Positions 55,277 to 64,000 of a DNA stretch of 64,000 nucleotides are shown here, piece after piece. This stretch comes from Octopus vulgaris (lineage: Eukaryota). The notes under the pieces were generated by a model, which worked only from the letters and a program-made list of their open reading frames with translations, did not search any database and was not told the DNA's origin. The number at the start of each line of letters is the position of its first letter. The first letter of the stretch is position 1. Both the position numbers and the translations under genes were made by a program. The DNA is taken from NCBI GenBank assembly GCA_951406725.2, contig OX597831.1, forward strand, positions 40,486,001 through 40,550,000. Direction: 5' to 3'.

Positions 55277-56467
55277 TGCGTAGGTATAGGAGGGGATTCT
55301 TTCATTTTCCTACCTCCAAATCCACTCACAAAGCTCTATCGGTCCCGCTCTATAGTAAAAGACACTTGCTAAAGGTGGCACGTAGTGGGACTGAACCCAA
55401 AAACCACATGATTGAGAAACAACCTCCTTAACCACATAACCATGCTAAGGCCTATTACAGCAACAACAAAAAAAGAATAACATAACAAGAGATAGAGAGA
55501 GAGAACCAGATGCAAGAATTAAACATTTAGTTAGAAGCACAAGTCTTTTCTCTGTACAGTATACCAGAAAAATAGACAAATTACTTGGAGTTAGTTGAAA
55601 TTGCTAAATACCCTTGAAAGAATTGGCGGGTACGCAAGAGATGTTTCTTATAGAATCAACCTCACCACTCTCATCTCTGTCTCACCTATGTGGTAAGAAG
55701 TTTGCTTCTTAATTACATGGGTCGAGGTTCAATGCCACTGTCCTACAGTCCCATTCTCCCACTGCCTGGCACTTTTGGTGCGTGTTTGAGCTGACCAAAG
55801 CCTGGTGAGTTGATTTTTCAGACGAAAACTGAAGGAAGCTTCTCATATATATTGTTTGTTCCTTCTCGAGCCATGCCTGGCTCATAAGGTCCAGTTTCCC
55901 GGTTTCCTTGGCGTATAGGTTCCCCACCTGGACGGGACGCCGGTCCGTCGCAGGTGAGCTGCAAAATGCAGGAGGAAAGAGTGTTTATTTACCATACATT
56001 TTTGTATTCATATTCGTGTAACATCGTCCGTTTTTCCGTCCTTGTTTCGTATACATTCGAAGCTTTTTTCCAAGGAATCTAATGCTCTTAGCTTAGTTTT
56101 TCCTTGGGGCTGGCCATATACATATTTTATTTATCATATATATACTTGGCCACAGCTCATGTGCTGAAACTAGATAGAATAAATAAAAAATAATATATAT
56201 ATATTATTTTACTCTTTATCTTTTATTAAACTTTTAATACTTTTGATATATATTTAAAATAATATTAATTAAATTAATTTTATGTATTGGCTTATGTTTT
56301 TCATAGTTTGATTTGCCTAATAGTGGTTTTATCTCTAATTTATTATAATATAATATAATATATTTATACTATAAAATTGGATTTAATCCTAAATCTGATT
56401 TTTCCCTGTAAGTTTGGATTTATTCCCTAATATTTTATTATATATATATATATATGATAGATAAAAA

Positions 56468-56502
<35 letters not shown>

Positions 56503-56564
56503 AAATTAAAAAATGTATGGAAAATAAACAAACGACGTAAAAACGAACGGGAGACAAACAGAAG

Positions 56565-56634
56565 GTTCTTAATTCTTCATCAGTTATCGACCAATTGGTA
56601 ATACTCAGTTTCGGACTATTACCAATAACGATAA
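56565..56634 (-). ncRNA. Putative rearranged hammerhead, second sequence family (R2), lacking the region 5' of the cleavage site
   Basis: Minus strand reads UUAUCG-uuAUUGGUAAUA-GUCC-GAA-ACUGAG-UAUUACCAAU-uggu-CGAUAA-CUGAUGA-agaauuaa-GAAC. Confidence 0.5.
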
Positions 56635-57059
56635 TATATGTATGTGTGTGCGCGCGCGTGTGCGTGCGTGTGTGTGTCTTTGTGTCAGTGTTTATCCTTC
56701 ACTACCGCTTGACAATTGGTGCTGGTGTGTTTGTCTTTCCGTAACCTAGCGGTTCGTCATTAAGCAACCAGTAGAATAAATACCAGTATAAAAAAAACAA
56801 AAAATAAGAGAATAGAATAGAATAAAACAAGTATCAGGGTTGAGCCGTTCGACTAAAATTCTTCAGGGTGGTGTCCCAGCATGGCCGCAGTCTAATGACT
56901 CGCCAAGCTAAACATAAGAGGTAAAAGATACACGTAATTGCAATATTCTACAGAGTAATTAAGACACACAGACACGCTCGGTCGGTCGGTCGGTCGGCCG
57001 GGGACGGTCGCTTAGGTTCTAACATATACACTCAATGTGTATATTGTAATTATGTCGTT

Positions 57060-59930
<2,871 letters not shown>

Positions 59931-60064
59931 AGGTGTATGTGTTGGTGTGTAGGTGTATGTGTTGGTGTGTGTGATGTATGATGTACGTGTGTGTGTGTGT
60001 GCGCGCGCATTAACATTTGAGTAGAACAAGAAAACGGTGAACAGAGGTAAAAATCTGTCAATTG

Positions 60065-60770
60065 AGGAGGGGAGAGAAATATAGAAGAAAGATAAAGACA
60101 GGAAGAGAGAGAAAGGAAACTGAGAGAGGGAGAAAGAGGGGGAGAGAGAAGTGGGGAGTGAGGGAGGGACAATGAGAGAAAGATAAAGAGAGAAAGGGAA
60201 GAGAAAAAGAGAGAAAGGAAGAAAGAGAGAGAGAGAATGAGTGAGAGGGAGAAAAAAGAGAAACTGAGAAGGGGAGAGAGAGAGTAAGAGAAAATGAAAG
60301 AGGAGAGTGAGAGAGAGAGAGGGGAAGATAAAGAGAGAGGGTAGAGTAAAGGTAAGATACAGAAAGAGAGAGGAGAAAGGGGAGGAGTGAGTGGGAGAGA
60401 GAAAAAAAGAGTGAGGAAGATAGGGAGAAAAAGAGTAAGAGAGAGGAGAGAGTAAAAGAAAGAAAGAGAAAGAGAGAGAAGGAGAGAGAAACAATGAGAG
60501 TGAGGAAAAGAGGGGAGGGGGGAGGGAGAGAGAAAAGGACGGAAAGAGTGAAAAACAGAGGAGAGAGAGAGTAGAAAGGGAGAGGGAGAGAATGAGAGAG
60601 AAAGAGAGAGACAGATAGAGAAAGAGATGGGTGAGATTGAGTGAGAGAGAAAGAGAAAGAAACATTGAGTGCGGAAGAAAGATAGCGAGAGCGAAAGAGA
60701 CAGGAAAAAGATACTTATAGGATGACAGCAAACAAAGAAGAAGAAAAAAAAAAAGAAGGAAAAGAAGATA
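60065..60770. repeat. Polypurine (GA-rich) tract
   Basis: Seen directly. Confidence 0.9.
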
Positions 60771-61164
60771 ATGGTCAGCACCGGCAGACGAATATAAATA
60801 GATGTTTAAGAAGCTTTGCGAAGTGTGTTGCAGAAAATGCGAAGAAATAATGCCGCTTAAAAGGTATTTTCCCCCTGACTCATCTAACGAAAACATGCAG
60901 ATATATCGACATTTGATCACATAGAAGCTCCTACAAGCACCAACACACGGGCACCACACGCATATATATATGTGTGTGTGTGTGTGTATTATATATATAT
61001 ATATATATATATGGGGGGGGGGATGTATTTATGCCAATGTTGAGTGGGTGCTTTAGTTCTATGTCTGCATGAAAATTACTTTGCATACTTAAAGCTTCTT
61101 AAGTATAAATTCATATTCGTTGACCTGTCTTGCTATGTCGTAAAGTAAATGAATCCATCTATCC

Positions 61165-61295
<131 letters not shown>

Positions 61296-61651
61296 AATCT
61301 ATCTATTAATATATATATATATATCAATATATATATATATGCATGTATGTGCATGTACAGATACATATACATATATATATACACACACACACACACATAT
61401 ATGTATTTGTATGTATGTGTATAAATATGTAAGTAGGTATATATATATGTGTGTGTGTGTGTGTGTATTGTATATATGTATATATATATATAGAGAGAGA
61501 GAGAGATAGATTCATATACATACACAGACACATATATGTATACTTACATATGTATACACATGCATACAAACGATATATATATATTACATATACATATGTA
61601 TATATGTATGTTTGCATGCATGAATGCATGCATGTATGTATGTATGTATGC

Positions 61652-61682
<31 letters not shown>

Positions 61683-62632
61683 CATGTATGTATGTGTGTA
61701 CGTATGCACGCATGCATGTATGTATGCATGTATGTATGTATGCATGCATGCATGTATGTATGCATATATGTATATGTATGTATGTATGCACATATGTTTG
61801 TATATGGCCTTAAAATGCTATTATAATTGCGTAGTTAATCATTTATAACGTAAGAAACACATACCAAGAATATTTCGAAATATGAATTTCAAAATTCAAA
61901 ATTGTTCTTCAAGAGGAAAAACGAAAATTACAAAAAGGAAACTGGATGATTATACTGATAAAGAGTGATAAGGAAGAAATATAAAAACAATACTATAAAT
62001 ATAAAATATAATAATGTTGGCTCAAGAATCATTCGTTCGAGCGAGTGTGAATTTTGTAATTCATATTTCAAATGTCGCTGATGACGTGTTTCTTATTCAC
62101 CATATAATTATTATTATTATATAATCGTAATAGGAGTATTACGTAAGAATTATTGAAACAGGCGTAAGAATGATTATTTTGAAATATCACTGATATTGTT
62201 TGTTTTTGTTTTAATTTTAAATGCACTTTGTACTGTTCATACATTGAAGCTTATTCCACCAGTATATTCAACATAACGCTCATATATGCACTTTACATGC
62301 AAAGTTTTTGCGATGTACTACGTGTTTCAATATATCTGCTCATTTATTGAACTTACTAAATCATAAAACTATAAGATATATTATAAAACTGCTTCCTTGC
62401 AGTTCGAAGGTTTTTAGCTCTTATTTCCAGCAATATAGGTGATACCCAACATCCTCCGTCACAATGAGTCACGAATAAATTTTTCCTTCTTGGTTTTATA
62501 TTGTGTGTAGCTGCCTACGTTATTTTGTAATTTTCATATTAGCATTTCGCTTATCCACCCATAAACTTATATGGTAAATATATATATACTGGCAGTTTGG
62601 ATTTAGCTAAGCCATTCGATTATGGAGTAGTC

Positions 62633-62675
62633 ACTACTGATGTGCCTGCAATTTTACAGACGAAACAAGTCTAGT
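62633..62675 (+). ncRNA. Degenerate type I hammerhead
   Basis: ACUA-CUGAUGU-GCCUG caauuuua CAGAC-GAAAC aa GUC^UAGU; stem I extends through AUGGA/UCCAU. Confidence 0.55.
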
Positions 62676-64000
62676 CCATTGATCTAGCTTCGCTTATGAG
62701 ACAATTATCTCCCCTGTCAGTATATGAAAACTTGCTTCCTTGCGGTCCTAAGGGTTTTAACTCTTATTTCTAGCGATATAGGTGCTACCCAGCACTCTCA
62801 GTCAACGCGTTACTGACAATTGGATCTTTTCTCTCTGTCTCTTTACATATTATATATATAAAGTTAATCCAAACAAGAAAACAAAAACAAAAAAACAACA
62901 ACGCAAGGACGTGGAACAAATAAAGTATTATTGGACGCTCAGGAAAAAAGGGAAGAAGGAGGGTTTGACATTTTGAGCAGAGCTCTTCGTCGGAAACATA
63001 GGAGAAGGAAAGATCCCGAAAGGGAAGACAGGGGAAAACAATCGCTAGTGATACAGACGAGGTCACATATATATACATTTGATGCTCAAGCTACGATCAA
63101 TTTTATGCCTTGAATGTATTGAAGGTGTAGTCTAGACATGTTTTAATAACACGCTTTGTGTCACCAAACAATCTTCAAGCTCTGAGAACACGGTCTATAC
63201 AATTTACGAATCACGACGCTAAAACAAGAGAAATCACAACAAAAAAGAGAAAAAAATAAGATGAAGGTGGATGCAGAATGTGAAAGGGTAAAAAAAAAAT
63301 GCAAAATGAAAAGAAAAAAGAAAATTATGTCCCCTTTGACCCTCAAGCCACAATAAAGTTAGATGTTGTGGAATGAATCAACGGAGAGGGGTCAAAAATC
63401 TGCAATACAGCTACTCAGCCCGGGGAGGGTAGTGTCCTCCAATTCTCCATAAAAAAATTGTCTTTATTCTTTTATTCTTTTATTCTTTCATTCTTTTATT
63501 CTTTTATTCTTTTATTCTTTCATACTTTTATTCTTTTATTCTTTTATTCTTTCATTCTTTCATACTTTTATTCTTTTATTCTTTCATTCTTTCTTTCTTT
63601 CATTCTTTTACCCTTTCATTCTTTCATTTTTATTCTTGTATTCTTTTATTGTCTTATTCATGTACTTGTTTCAGTTATTTGACTGCGACCATGCTGGAGC
63701 ACCGGCTTAAAGGGTGTTAGTCGAAGAAATCGACGCCATGACTTATTCTTCGTAAGCTTAGTACTTATTCTATCGACCTCTTTTGCTGAATTGCTGAGTT
63801 ACGTTGACATAAACACACAGGCATCGGTTGCCAAGCGATGGCGGTGGGGAGCGGACAAACACAGTGACACACGCATGCACACGTGCACACATATACACAC
63901 ACATATAAACACATAGATAGTTAAATAAAAGAAAGCGGAAAAAGAACAAAAGAAAAAACAACAACGCGACGACGTAGTACATGCAAAGTATTATACATAT

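Overview
This is eukaryotic, AT-rich, microsatellite-saturated DNA; the SINE repertoire points to an octopus or other coleoid cephalopod (inference). Almost all ORFs in the supplied track are microsatellite artefacts. Real coding content is one spliced terminal exon resembling the C-terminus of CCDC148 (20187-20336, +, absent from the ORF track), a 5'-truncated but open R4/Dong-type RT-RLE retrotransposon (39310-42480, -), three decayed RLE-LINE fragments, and mariner/pogo remnants. The rest is tRNA-derived SINEs, a (TAA)n-embedded non-autonomous retroposon, and many short (TA)n-embedded elements, several with fold-back ends. Reading by eye gives about 20 hammerhead-ribozyme (HHR) motifs from several unrelated repeat families: minimal dimer-type HHRs, a fixed CUGUNGA core variant, HHRs with very long stem II, and a tRNA-headed HHR SINE. 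Two families appear to encode a non-circularly rearranged (pseudoknotted) hammerhead with strand order substrate -> GAA strand -> CUGANGA strand. All structures are manual base-pairing calls and none is experimentally tested.
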